Below are positions 27,362 through 34,710 of a stretch of 49,474 nt of DNA, one piece after another. The translations under genes and the position numbers were made by a program. Positions within the stretch are counted from its first letter, which is position 1. The number at the start of each line of letters is the position of its first letter. Origin of the DNA: Candidatus Woesearchaeota archaeon. Lineage in GTDB: Archaea > Nanobdellota > Nanobdellia > Woesearchaeales > ARS49. The notes under the pieces are model-generated. The model made no database searches. It saw only the letters and a program-made list of their open reading frames with translations, and was not told where the DNA came from. The stretch lies in NCBI GenBank assembly GCA_038850615.1, contig JAWCLR010000006.1:1-49474 (forward strand), written 5' to 3'.

Positions 27362-27409
27362 TGCATACCTCGCAAATAAGTATGACGAGGATATTTTTAA
27401 AGAAACCTG

Positions 27410-28366
27410 TCACCGTTTCTTTTTCTTTGTTTTCTTGACTTCCTTGTCAAGTTTTAGTTCTTCAAGAAGTTCCTTGTACCTGTTTCTTATCGTGACTTCT
27501 GTTACTCCTGCAACGTCTGCCACTTCGCGCTGGGTTCTTTTTTCACCGTGCATCAGGGCTGCAACATACAATGAAGCAGCTGCTATTCCTGTGGGCCCTC
27601 TTCCAGAAGTGAGTTCTTCGTGTTGTGCTTGCTCAAGGATTTCAACTGCTTTTGATTGTGTTTCTGGCGATAATTTTAGTGAGCTTGCAAACCTTGCTAT
27701 GTAGTCAGCAGGATTGCTTGGCAGGATTGTTATTCCAAGCTCCCTTGTCACGAAGCGGTATGTTCTTCCTATTTCTTTTTTCTCAATGCTTGATGCCTCT
27801 GAGAGCTCATCAAGTGTTCTTGGAACCTCATGGCGCCTGCAGGCAGCATAGAGCGCTCCTGAAACTACTGATTCCATGCTTCTTCCCCTGACTAGTCCGC
27901 GCTGGACTGCCAGGGTGTAAATCATTGCTGCTTCTTCCTCGACTGACTTTGGCAGCTTGAGATAGCTTGAAACCCTCTTTAATTCTGCAAGGGCAAGCTT
28001 GAGGTTTCTTTCTATTGCTGTTGAAATTCTGTACTGCCATTTTCTGAGCCTGAAGAACTTGTTTCTGTCTTTTGAGCCGAGCTGGAAAAGGTCTGCCTTT
28101 TGGCCGACTTCTGTGCCAAGCCCTTGGTCGTACTGCGTGTAAGTCATTGGGGCTCCTGTGCGCCTGTGCCTTTGCTCGCCAGAGCCCTCGCTCTCGAATT
28201 CGCGCCATTCTTGGCCGAACTCGACCATCTTGTCTTCAACGACAAGACCGCAGTCCTTGCAGATTATCTCCCCTTTTTCCCTGTTCACGAAGAGGTTTAT
28301 GCCTCCGCATTCAGGGCATTTTTTGATGTAATACAACCCAGCATTACCCCCACAATACCTCCACAT
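27410..28366 (-). CDS. tfb: Transcription initiation factor IIB (TFB)
   Basis: N-terminal zinc ribbon CPECGG...CKDCGLVVED, a B-finger/linker region, then two cyclin-fold repeats (RGRSMESVVSGALYAACR; GRGPTGIAAASLYVAA). Confidence 0.93.
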   Translation of the reverse strand: MWRYCGGNAGLYYIKKCPECGGINLFVNREKGEIICKDCGLVVEDKMVEFGQEWREFESEGSGEQRHRRTGAPMTYTQYDQGLGTEVGQKADLFQLGSKDRNKFFRLRKWQYRISTAIERNLKLALAELKRVSSYLKLPKSVEEEAAMIYTLAVQRGLVRGRSMESVVSGALYAACRRHEVPRTLDELSEASSIEKKEIGRTYRFVTRELGITILPSNPADYIARFASSLKLSPETQSKAVEILEQAQHEELTSGRGPTGIAAASLYVAALMHGEKRTQREVADVAGVTEVTIRNRYKELLEELKLDKEVKKTKKKKR

Positions 28367-28509
28367 CTGAACTATAATTCACAATGTAGAGGAACTAACA
28401 CCACAATGTATTTATACCACTCCAAGCAGGCACTTTATAAAGATTTATTTGTTGCAGAATATATTTCTCTGCGAAAGCCTTTTAAGCATTGCGGTTGTTA
28501 TTGAGGAGC

Positions 28510-28665
28510 ATGGCAGAAATTGTTCCAAAGGAGTTGCTTGAGGTTCTTGCCTGCCCTACAGACAAGGCAGGGCTCAGGGTTGGTAAAGACGAACTAATCT
28601 GCACAAAATGTGGCAGGAAATATCCTGTTAAGGATGGCATTCCAATAATGCTGCCTCAGCCGTGA
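28510..28665 (+). CDS. trm112: Trm112-family small zinc-ribbon-like protein (51 aa)
   Basis: Below the ORF-track cutoff. My translation reads [51 protein letters not shown], which fits the Trm112/UPF0434 pattern (LxCPxxK..L......LxCxxCxxxYPxxDGIPxML). A GAGGAG lies just upstream. Confidence 0.75.
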   Translation: MAEIVPKELLEVLACPTDKAGLRVGKDELICTKCGRKYPVKDGIPIMLPQP

Positions 28666-28666
28666 A

Positions 28667-29098
28667 TTAACTTTCCTTTTTCAGCACAACCCATGGCCTG
28701 TAGAAGAGCCCTAAAATAAGGTATGCAAGTATCTTCCTGAAGCGGAAATGCAGGGGTGGGTTCTTGACGCGCTTAAACCCGTATTGCTCTGAAACTTCAA
28801 CAAGCTTGCCGTGAGTCAATATATAAACCTGCCTGTATTTGCGCATTATCGCGTGCATCAATTCCTTGAAATGGCCTTGTTTCCTGAACCTTGGCATTGT
28901 ATATGCATTGCCAATCTCAATGATTTTGCCCCAGCGTTTTATGCAGCAGAACGAAACTATCGATTTGCTATGATATGCAACATATGTTTTTGGATTAATA
29001 AAAAGGGCGAGGATGTCAAGCGTGTTGATGAGCACGTAAGGTATTAGCGACGGAAAATGCCAGAGCCTTCCCACCTTTATGGTCACCCTATCTCGCAT
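28667..29098 (-). CDS. Small GNAT-like acetyltransferase (tentative)
   Basis: IEIGNAYTMPRFRKQGHFKELMHAI resembles GNAT motif A (R/Q-x-x-G-x-G/A). The N-terminal part is atypical. Confidence 0.5.
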   Translation of the reverse strand: MRDRVTIKVGRLWHFPSLIPYVLINTLDILALFINPKTYVAYHSKSIVSFCCIKRWGKIIEIGNAYTMPRFRKQGHFKELMHAIMRKYRQVYILTHGKLVEVSEQYGFKRVKNPPLHFRFRKILAYLILGLFYRPWVVLKKES

Positions 29099-29194
29099 AA
29101 CAATTGGTTATGAAAATGCAAATATTAATGTTTTGGATTGTTTTTGGGTAAGCTTTTTATACGCGTCGTAGCTTGTAAATGATAAACAATTTTT

Positions 29195-29277
29195 GCCGGC
29201 GTCGCATAACCCGGTAGTGCGCCCGCCTTGAGAGCGGGTTCCGCAAGGAATTGCAGGTTCAAATCCTGCCGCCGGCG
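29195..29277 (+). tRNA. tRNA-Ser (anticodon UGA)
   Basis: Hand fold: acceptor GCCGGCG/CGCCGGC; 3-bp D stem; anticodon stem CCCGC/GCGGG with loop CTTGAGA; long variable arm TTCCGCAAGGAATT; T arm GCAGG-TTCAAAT-CCTGC; discriminator G. CCA is not encoded. Confidence 0.9.
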
Positions 29278-29346
29278 TTCGAATGTAGTGAGAACGCCAA
29301 GCTCGGGCTCGTCAATCGTAATTGACCATTGTCCTGCCGCCGGCGT
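29264..29346 (+). repeat. 15-nt direct repeat of the tRNA-Ser 3' end flanking a 53-nt hairpin-containing spacer
   Basis: TCCTGCCGCCGGCGT occurs at 29264-29278 (T-stem 3' strand, acceptor 3' strand, discriminator) and again at 29332-29346. A GTCAAT-CGTA-ATTGAC hairpin lies at 29311-29326. Confidence 0.85.
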
Positions 29347-29382
29347 GTTTTATTATCACTATTAAGTGACATCTATCATAAG

Positions 29383-29391
29383 TTTTATAAA
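29383..29391 (+). promoter_or_regulatory. TATA box upstream of the protein kinase gene
   Basis: TTTTATAAA ends 23 nt before the ATG at 29414. Confidence 0.45.
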
Positions 29392-29413
29392 GCGGTTCTG
29401 AGTGGTAGTCCTT

Positions 29414-30685
29414 ATGGACAGCGACAGCAAGTTTGCAAAGACAACGCTGAAGAATATCTGCAGGAGGGATGGTTCTCTTGCCACAAAAGACCCCATTGGC
29501 AGGGCAATAACCATTGTTGACAGCGAGCCAATTGGTATTGGAAGCCAAAGGATTGCCTTCAGGGCTCAGCTGGTTTACTCAAAAATTGATGAACAGGGCT
29601 ACAGGGAATTGTATGTGCCAATGCGCACCCACCAGAATTTGCGCGGGACAAGCCTTGAGGAGTGGCAGGAAGCGAGAAAGGCAGCAGAGCAGGAAGCCAG
29701 CGAGATGTCAAAAAGCGGGCTTGAAAAGGAAGTCAGGGATTTTTTTGAGGAAAACGAGCTTATCAATGGCAACCGCGCTATTGCAGTCAGTGTGTCAAAA
29801 CTTCCTCAGGATATGAACTGGCGCAGCAGTAGGGAGGGTTTTATTCTCGGGCTTTATCATCCCAACCTAACTTATCACTTTACTGCAGGGCTTGTTGAGA
29901 CCAGCGGGCAGGGTTACATGCTTGTGGAATTGTTTGATGGCTCGCTGGATCCTGAAAAAACAAAGAACTGGGAAGCAAAAACCCACATTAGGGTGATGGA
30001 GCAAGTAATCAAGGGCTTGAAGCGATTGCGTGACTTAGGCATTGTCCACCGTGACATAAAGCCAGGTAATTTGTTTGTCAAGAAGCGCACTACCGTCAAG
30101 ATTGCTGATTATGGAATAATGCGTCCTGAGAATGTGGAGCTTACTAGAACAACAATGGAAGGCAACATCATCGGCACTGCGCCTTACATGAGTCCTGAAC
30201 AGGCAAGGAACAGCAAGGACGCTACGTGGTTGAGCGACCAGTTCAGTGCTGGCGCGACTTTTTACGAGTTGATTACTGACAGGCTTCCTTTGGGCTTAAA
30301 GGATGAAAAAGTGCCTCCGCGCGAAATACTTGTCTCAATTGCCCGTGAGAGGCAGTACAAAATCAAGGGAATTGCTGACGAGCAGGACATCTTGCTTGAG
30401 GGGATTGAGAGGATTATTGCTAAAATGATGCAGAACAATCCCCACAAAAGGTATCAAGACTACTCGCTGATTTTGCAGGACTTGGACAGGGTTGAAAGCA
30501 GAAAGCTGCCAAGACACGCGCCTGCAGGGCTTGTTGAGTCTGTTTTTATGCCTGCAAAATACACTAATTATCATCACAACAGGCGCGTGAAGATGATTGC
30601 TGCAGGAATAATCAGTGCGCTTGCTGCTGGTGGCGCTGCTGCTTATTTTTCAGGACTGCTTGACAGGATTGTACGCTTCCAATGA
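29414..30685 (+). CDS. Eukaryotic-type Ser/Thr protein kinase with C-terminal membrane anchor
   Basis: Catalytic loop HRDIKPGNLF, a DFG-equivalent IADYG, the activation segment GTAPYMSPEQ, and a C-terminal TM MIAAGIISALAAGGAAAYF. Confidence 0.88.
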   Translation: MDSDSKFAKTTLKNICRRDGSLATKDPIGRAITIVDSEPIGIGSQRIAFRAQLVYSKIDEQGYRELYVPMRTHQNLRGTSLEEWQEARKAAEQEASEMSKSGLEKEVRDFFEENELINGNRAIAVSVSKLPQDMNWRSSREGFILGLYHPNLTYHFTAGLVETSGQGYMLVELFDGSLDPEKTKNWEAKTHIRVMEQVIKGLKRLRDLGIVHRDIKPGNLFVKKRTTVKIADYGIMRPENVELTRTTMEGNIIGTAPYMSPEQARNSKDATWLSDQFSAGATFYELITDRLPLGLKDEKVPPREILVSIARERQYKIKGIADEQDILLEGIERIIAKMMQNNPHKRYQDYSLILQDLDRVESRKLPRHAPAGLVESVFMPAKYTNYHHNRRVKMIAAGIISALAAGGAAAYFSGLLDRIVRFQ

Positions 30686-31117
30686 GCCAGGAATTAGTCG
30701 TTTAAGAATGTCTAAGTAGGTTTGCTTGTTTTTCTCAAAGAAATAGATTATTCTCATTATGTTGTGGTCTCTCCAGAATTCAGAATGCCAGCGCCTCCAT
30801 TGCTTGATTATTTCTTCGTGGTCAAGCTCTCTTCCTGCTTCTGTCTGGCGGTAATAGATTTCCAGATTGATTTCTTCCAATTGGTGTTTTATTTCTTGCG
30901 CAGGATCAACAGTCTTGTGCTGTATGAAGAAATGGTTTACTGCAATCTCGAGACAAGCATCATCATTCAGTGAAGGATGTTTCTTTTTTAGTTTTGCTGC
31001 CTCGTCGAGAATCATTTCTGAATGTTTTTGTATTTTTTGGGCAAGAGGCACACGTATCCATTCCATCTTGCCTACATTATACTCACTCTCGAGTTCTGCA
31101 ATTTCTTGGGTTGTCAT
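30650..31117 (-). CDS. Hypothetical protein
   Basis: 155-aa ORF, helical and charged, with no motif recognised. Its 3' end overlaps the convergent kinase gene by 36 nt. Confidence 0.45.
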   Translation of the reverse strand: MTTQEIAELESEYNVGKMEWIRVPLAQKIQKHSEMILDEAAKLKKKHPSLNDDACLEIAVNHFFIQHKTVDPAQEIKHQLEEINLEIYYRQTEAGRELDHEEIIKQWRRWHSEFWRDHNIMRIIYFFEKNKQTYLDILKRLIPGSLEAYNPVKQS

Positions 31118-31192
31118 GATCTAAAGGTTAGGATTCTTCTTTTTTTAAGTTTTCAGCGTGGCAGGCACTACAACAATTATTATTCGCAATCC

Positions 31193-31199
31193 TTTTATA
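31193..31199 (+). promoter_or_regulatory. TATA box upstream of 31222 gene
   Basis: TTTTATA ends 23 nt before the ATG at 31222. Confidence 0.4.
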
Positions 31200-31221
31200 C
31201 TCATCATGTTCTTTTGTTGTT

Positions 31222-31845
31222 ATGGAAAAAAAGAGGAATTGGCTTGTGTGGTTTGTCCGCGAATTTGAGCATTTTACTGACCACGCAATTCCTGTGCTTG
31301 TCATCCTTCTTGCAATAGTCCTTGTTCTTGAAAATCCGTTCTGGACTCTTGTGCACATTTCTGGGTACGAGCCATGGGTTCAGATTTTTGACGGCGTTAT
31401 CGTGTTCTTTTTTGTTGTCGATCTTGTGTTCAAGTGGTTCAAGACAAGGAACATCAGGCGTTTTTTCAGGCTTTATTGGATTGACGTTGTTGCTGTCTTT
31501 CCTTTTTATCTTGCATTCAGGGCTTATTCAGAGGTTGCTTCGTTTTTCAGGATTGGAGAGGAGGTAGCTGAGAGCGGTCAGAAGCTTGCCCATGAGGCAG
31601 TGCTTATTAGGGAAGCAAGAACGTTGAAGGAGGCTGAGGAGCTTGCAAAGCAGGCAAGGATGCTCAGGGAAGCTGAGGAGTTGGGAAAGGAAGCAAGGAT
31701 TGCGAGGGAGGCAAGGGTTTTTTCCCGTATTGTGCGCCCAATCCAGAACATGTTCAGGATTTTGAAAGGCAGGCTTTATGCCTCCCACAGGGCTCTTGTG
31801 GAAATACACGAGCGCCACAAGAGGGAGCACGCAAAGGGTTACTGA
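31222..31845 (+). CDS. Membrane protein resembling the S1-S3 part of an ion-transport/voltage-sensor domain, followed by Arg/Glu-rich repeats and no pore domain
   Basis: Three TM helices (IPVLVILLAIVLVLE; VQIFDGVIVFFFVVDLVFKW; FFRLYWIDVVAVFPFYLAF) with acidic and aromatic positions as in the ion-transport family. An 11-aa repeat follows (KEAEELAKQAR / REAEELGKEAR), then RVFSRIVRPIQNMFRILKGR. Confidence 0.5.
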   Translation: MEKKRNWLVWFVREFEHFTDHAIPVLVILLAIVLVLENPFWTLVHISGYEPWVQIFDGVIVFFFVVDLVFKWFKTRNIRRFFRLYWIDVVAVFPFYLAFRAYSEVASFFRIGEEVAESGQKLAHEAVLIREARTLKEAEELAKQARMLREAEELGKEARIAREARVFSRIVRPIQNMFRILKGRLYASHRALVEIHERHKREHAKGY

Positions 31846-33332
31846 ACGATTATACCGTCAAGTTCTTTGAGAAGGTCTGTTGCGTAACTGAGTTTTTCTC
31901 TTGAATGCGAGTATATCGTCATTATGGGATCTCCCTTGCTGACGTGGTCTCCGCAATGGTGGTGCAAGAGAATTCCCGAGTCCTTGTCCCGTGGTGCTCC
32001 TGCCATCCTTGCTATGCGCGAGATTGAGATGTTGTCAATCACGCTTATTGTTCCTGTCTTTGGTGCAAGATATGTGTATTGCAATGGGCAGGGCTTGAGG
32101 CTTTCGGGATCTATGTCCTTCCCTCCCTGCGCCCTAACTATTTCCATGAATTTCTGGTATGCCTTTCCGCTGTTTAGGATTTCGGTTGCCAATTGCATTC
32201 CTTCTCCTTTTTTTGCTGTTCCTGCAAACTCAAGTGCAATAGCAGCCATTTCAAGGCTTTTTCTTCTCAAATCCTGAGGCGCTCTTGAGTCGTTTTTCAA
32301 GACCCAGAGGCAGTCTCTCGCCTCAAGCACAGGACCTATGCCGTTGCCTATCGGTTCTGACCCTTGTGTTATCATTATGCATACGCTTATGCCAAGTTCT
32401 CTTCCCAGCCTCTCAAAGTGTCCTTGCAGGTGGACTGCCTGCTTTCTGTCCTCCACTTTTGCCCCTCTTCCGACAGGAATGTCTATTAGGAGGTGCGTTG
32501 CGCTCACGCTTGCCTTTTTTGCCATAATTGATGCAAGCATCTGGCCTTCTGCGTCAATGCTTAACGGGTGCTCGACCTTGATTATTCGGTCATCTGCAGG
32601 CGCAAGGTTGACAGACCCTCCCCAAATTATGAACCCGCCGACCTCATCAAGAATCTTATAAAGCCTTGATACAGGCAGGGAAACCGGACATAGCACCTCC
32701 ATGGTGTCTGCCGTGCCTGCAGGCGACGTTATTGCGCGAGAGCTCGTCTTTGGCACTGTGAGCCCTGCCGCAATGAGTATTGGGACAACCACCAATGTTG
32801 TCCTGTTGCCAGGCACCCCTCCTATGCAGTGGAGGTCGAAAACCGGTTTTTTTCTTATTTTCAGCTGACTGCCTGTCAGCGCCATTGCCTTTGTCAGGCT
32901 GATGATTTCAGAGTCGCTCATGCCGGTAGTGTAGTTTGCCGTGACATAACTTGCGAGCTCAACGTCCGTAAGCCGGTTTTTGTTTATGTCATTGATTATT
33001 TCATAGATTTCGTTGTAGGAGAGCTCTTTTCCGTCAAGCTTTTTCTTGATGTAGTTTATGCTTTTCGGCTTTCTCGCAAGGGCTATCTTTACAATGTCGC
33101 CGTCTTTCGCGTAGAGCGCGTCAAGGACTTCCTCAAAGCACCCTATCGAGCCTGGTGGCACTGCTTTTTCGCTTTCTGCAATGTCAAGCACTGCAATGGT
33201 TTTCCTGAGCCCCTTTCTGATGAATATTCTGTCGTTGTGGTGGAGGTCAAGCATGGATGCGTCTTTTTCATTCAGGATTGCGACCTGGACGTCACCTGTG
33301 GCAATGTCCATATCCTTGACTTTTAGCTTCAT
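31839..33332 (-). CDS. deoA: AMP phosphorylase (archaeal thymidine-phosphorylase family, DeoA type)
   Basis: N-terminal MKLKVKDMDIATGDVQVAILNEKDA is typical of AMP phosphorylases. HCIGGVPGNRTT and SSRAITSPAGTADTMEVL are glycosyltransferase family 3 motifs. I prefer the start at ATG 33332 because the longer ORF overlaps the upstream gene. Confidence 0.85.
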   Translation of the reverse strand: MKLKVKDMDIATGDVQVAILNEKDASMLDLHHNDRIFIRKGLRKTIAVLDIAESEKAVPPGSIGCFEEVLDALYAKDGDIVKIALARKPKSINYIKKKLDGKELSYNEIYEIINDINKNRLTDVELASYVTANYTTGMSDSEIISLTKAMALTGSQLKIRKKPVFDLHCIGGVPGNRTTLVVVPILIAAGLTVPKTSSRAITSPAGTADTMEVLCPVSLPVSRLYKILDEVGGFIIWGGSVNLAPADDRIIKVEHPLSIDAEGQMLASIMAKKASVSATHLLIDIPVGRGAKVEDRKQAVHLQGHFERLGRELGISVCIMITQGSEPIGNGIGPVLEARDCLWVLKNDSRAPQDLRRKSLEMAAIALEFAGTAKKGEGMQLATEILNSGKAYQKFMEIVRAQGGKDIDPESLKPCPLQYTYLAPKTGTISVIDNISISRIARMAGAPRDKDSGILLHHHCGDHVSKGDPIMTIYSHSREKLSYATDLLKELDGIIVQ

Positions 33333-33336
33333 AGAA

Positions 33337-34422
33337 TTATTCCTCTTCGTATTCGTGGACATAAATGTCAAGGAATACCTTGAATAATGCAAGCACCAAT
33401 GGTCCTATGATGAATCCCACAACGCCGAAAACAGTAAGCCCGCCAAGCACCCCGATAAGGATAAGCACGGGATGAACCCCTGCCCTGTCACCTATGAGAA
33501 TTGGCTTGAGCACGTTGTCAATGCCTGAAATTATGAAAAAGCCGTACAGCAAAAGCCCCACTCCTTTCCATATCACTGCGGGGTTTCCCTCCGCAGAGCC
33601 GGCAGCTATCAGAAGGATTGCTGCGGGAAGCCAGATTACTGCTGTCCCGACAAACGGCACAAGCGCAAAAAGCGCCATAAGCATTCCCCACAGCAATGGT
33701 GATGAAATGCCGAAAACAAGGAATCCTATCCCACCCAGAACCCCCTGAACGACTGCAATAACAAGCGAGCCGTAAATGACCGCCTTTGCGGTTTCCTGCA
33801 GTTTTGGGAATATGTGAGCCCTGTGCTTTTTCTTGATCGGCACAAGCCTTTTGATGTACTCAATAAGACCCTCTCCATCTCGAAGAAAATAAAACACCGC
33901 AAAGAACGTCACGAACAAGTTCAGGAATATTGATGGCAGAGCAAACACTATTTCACTTAGCTTGGCGATGATGAAGTTAGTAACCCTGCTCACGACATCG
34001 CTCAGGTAATACTTGACGTCAGGTTGCTGGACAAATTCCTGCAACTTTCCCTGAAGCCTGCATACCGCGCTCTCTGCGTCCAGGGGACATGCGACGTCAA
34101 TGATTTCGCCGGTTAGTATTTTCTGCTTTGCGCGGACATACACGTATCTTGCGTCAGGGGCTGCTGACTGGATTATGAGCAACAACGGCCCTATGAAAAG
34201 CAGGAGGATAACTGCAGACACTATCAGCGCGCTTATGTTCTTGCGTTTAATGTGCCTGTTGAGCCATGCATAAAGAGGATGGAACACATACGCGACAACC
34301 GCGCTTGCAAGTAAGGCATTGATGAATGGTTTTGCAACCCAGAATGTCAGGGCTGCAACGAAAATGAACAAAATAATGAAAAAATACTTGAAAACACCAT
34401 CCTTCTCAAAAACCTGCACCAT
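33337..34422 (-). CDS. AI-2E family (PerM/UPF0118) transporter
   Basis: Eight-helix pattern with FWVAKPFINALLASAVVAYVFHPLYAWL and a C-terminal GDRAGVHPVLILIGVLGG segment characteristic of the family. Confidence 0.8.
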   Translation of the reverse strand: MVQVFEKDGVFKYFFIILFIFVAALTFWVAKPFINALLASAVVAYVFHPLYAWLNRHIKRKNISALIVSAVILLLFIGPLLLIIQSAAPDARYVYVRAKQKILTGEIIDVACPLDAESAVCRLQGKLQEFVQQPDVKYYLSDVVSRVTNFIIAKLSEIVFALPSIFLNLFVTFFAVFYFLRDGEGLIEYIKRLVPIKKKHRAHIFPKLQETAKAVIYGSLVIAVVQGVLGGIGFLVFGISSPLLWGMLMALFALVPFVGTAVIWLPAAILLIAAGSAEGNPAVIWKGVGLLLYGFFIISGIDNVLKPILIGDRAGVHPVLILIGVLGGLTVFGVVGFIIGPLVLALFKVFLDIYVHEYEEE

Positions 34423-34451
34423 CTTTCTTGTTGCGATAGTGCTGTCATGGG

Positions 34452-34459
34452 TTTATAAA
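34452..34459 (-). promoter_or_regulatory. TATA box upstream of the AI-2E transporter / AMP phosphorylase pair
   Basis: TTTATAAA lies 30 nt from the ATG at 34422. Confidence 0.4.
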
Positions 34460-34497
34460 TGTTGCTTTAAAAAAGGTTAAGTCAACCCTTTGGTGAT

Positions 34498-34599
34498 AGC
34501 CTGTCCGTGCTCATTCGCTTTGATGAGCCCGGCCAGACAGCGGTCAACTGCTGTTGACGAGCCTGTCCGTGCTCATTCGCTTTGATGAGCCCGGCCAGA
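34498..34599 (-). repeat. 40-nt perfect direct repeat (62-nt period) duplicating the tRNA-Val 3' end plus 26 nt of trailer
   Basis: 34498-34537 is identical to 34560-34599. The spacer 34538-34559 contains the hairpin GTCAAC(34543-48)/GTTGAC(34553-58). Confidence 0.9.
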
Positions 34600-34657
34600 T
34601 TCGAACTGGCGACCTCCTCGACGTCAACGAGGCGTTATGCCGCTAAACTACGGGCTC
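34586..34657 (-). tRNA. tRNA-Val (anticodon GAC)
   Basis: Hand fold of the reverse complement: acceptor GAGCCCG/CGGGCTC; anticodon stem CCTCG/CGAGG with loop TTGACGT; T arm GCCAG-TTCGAAT-CTGGC; discriminator A. Confidence 0.9.
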
Positions 34658-34710
34658 AAATACTGCAAGGTTCCTTCTATTCTCTATTTAAAGATTTTGC
34701 AAGTAAAAAA

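Noticed and set aside
33333-33392. 20-codon extension of the AMP phosphorylase ORF
   Set aside because: It overlaps the upstream transporter gene. The family-typical N-terminus MKLKVKDMDIATG begins at ATG 33332.
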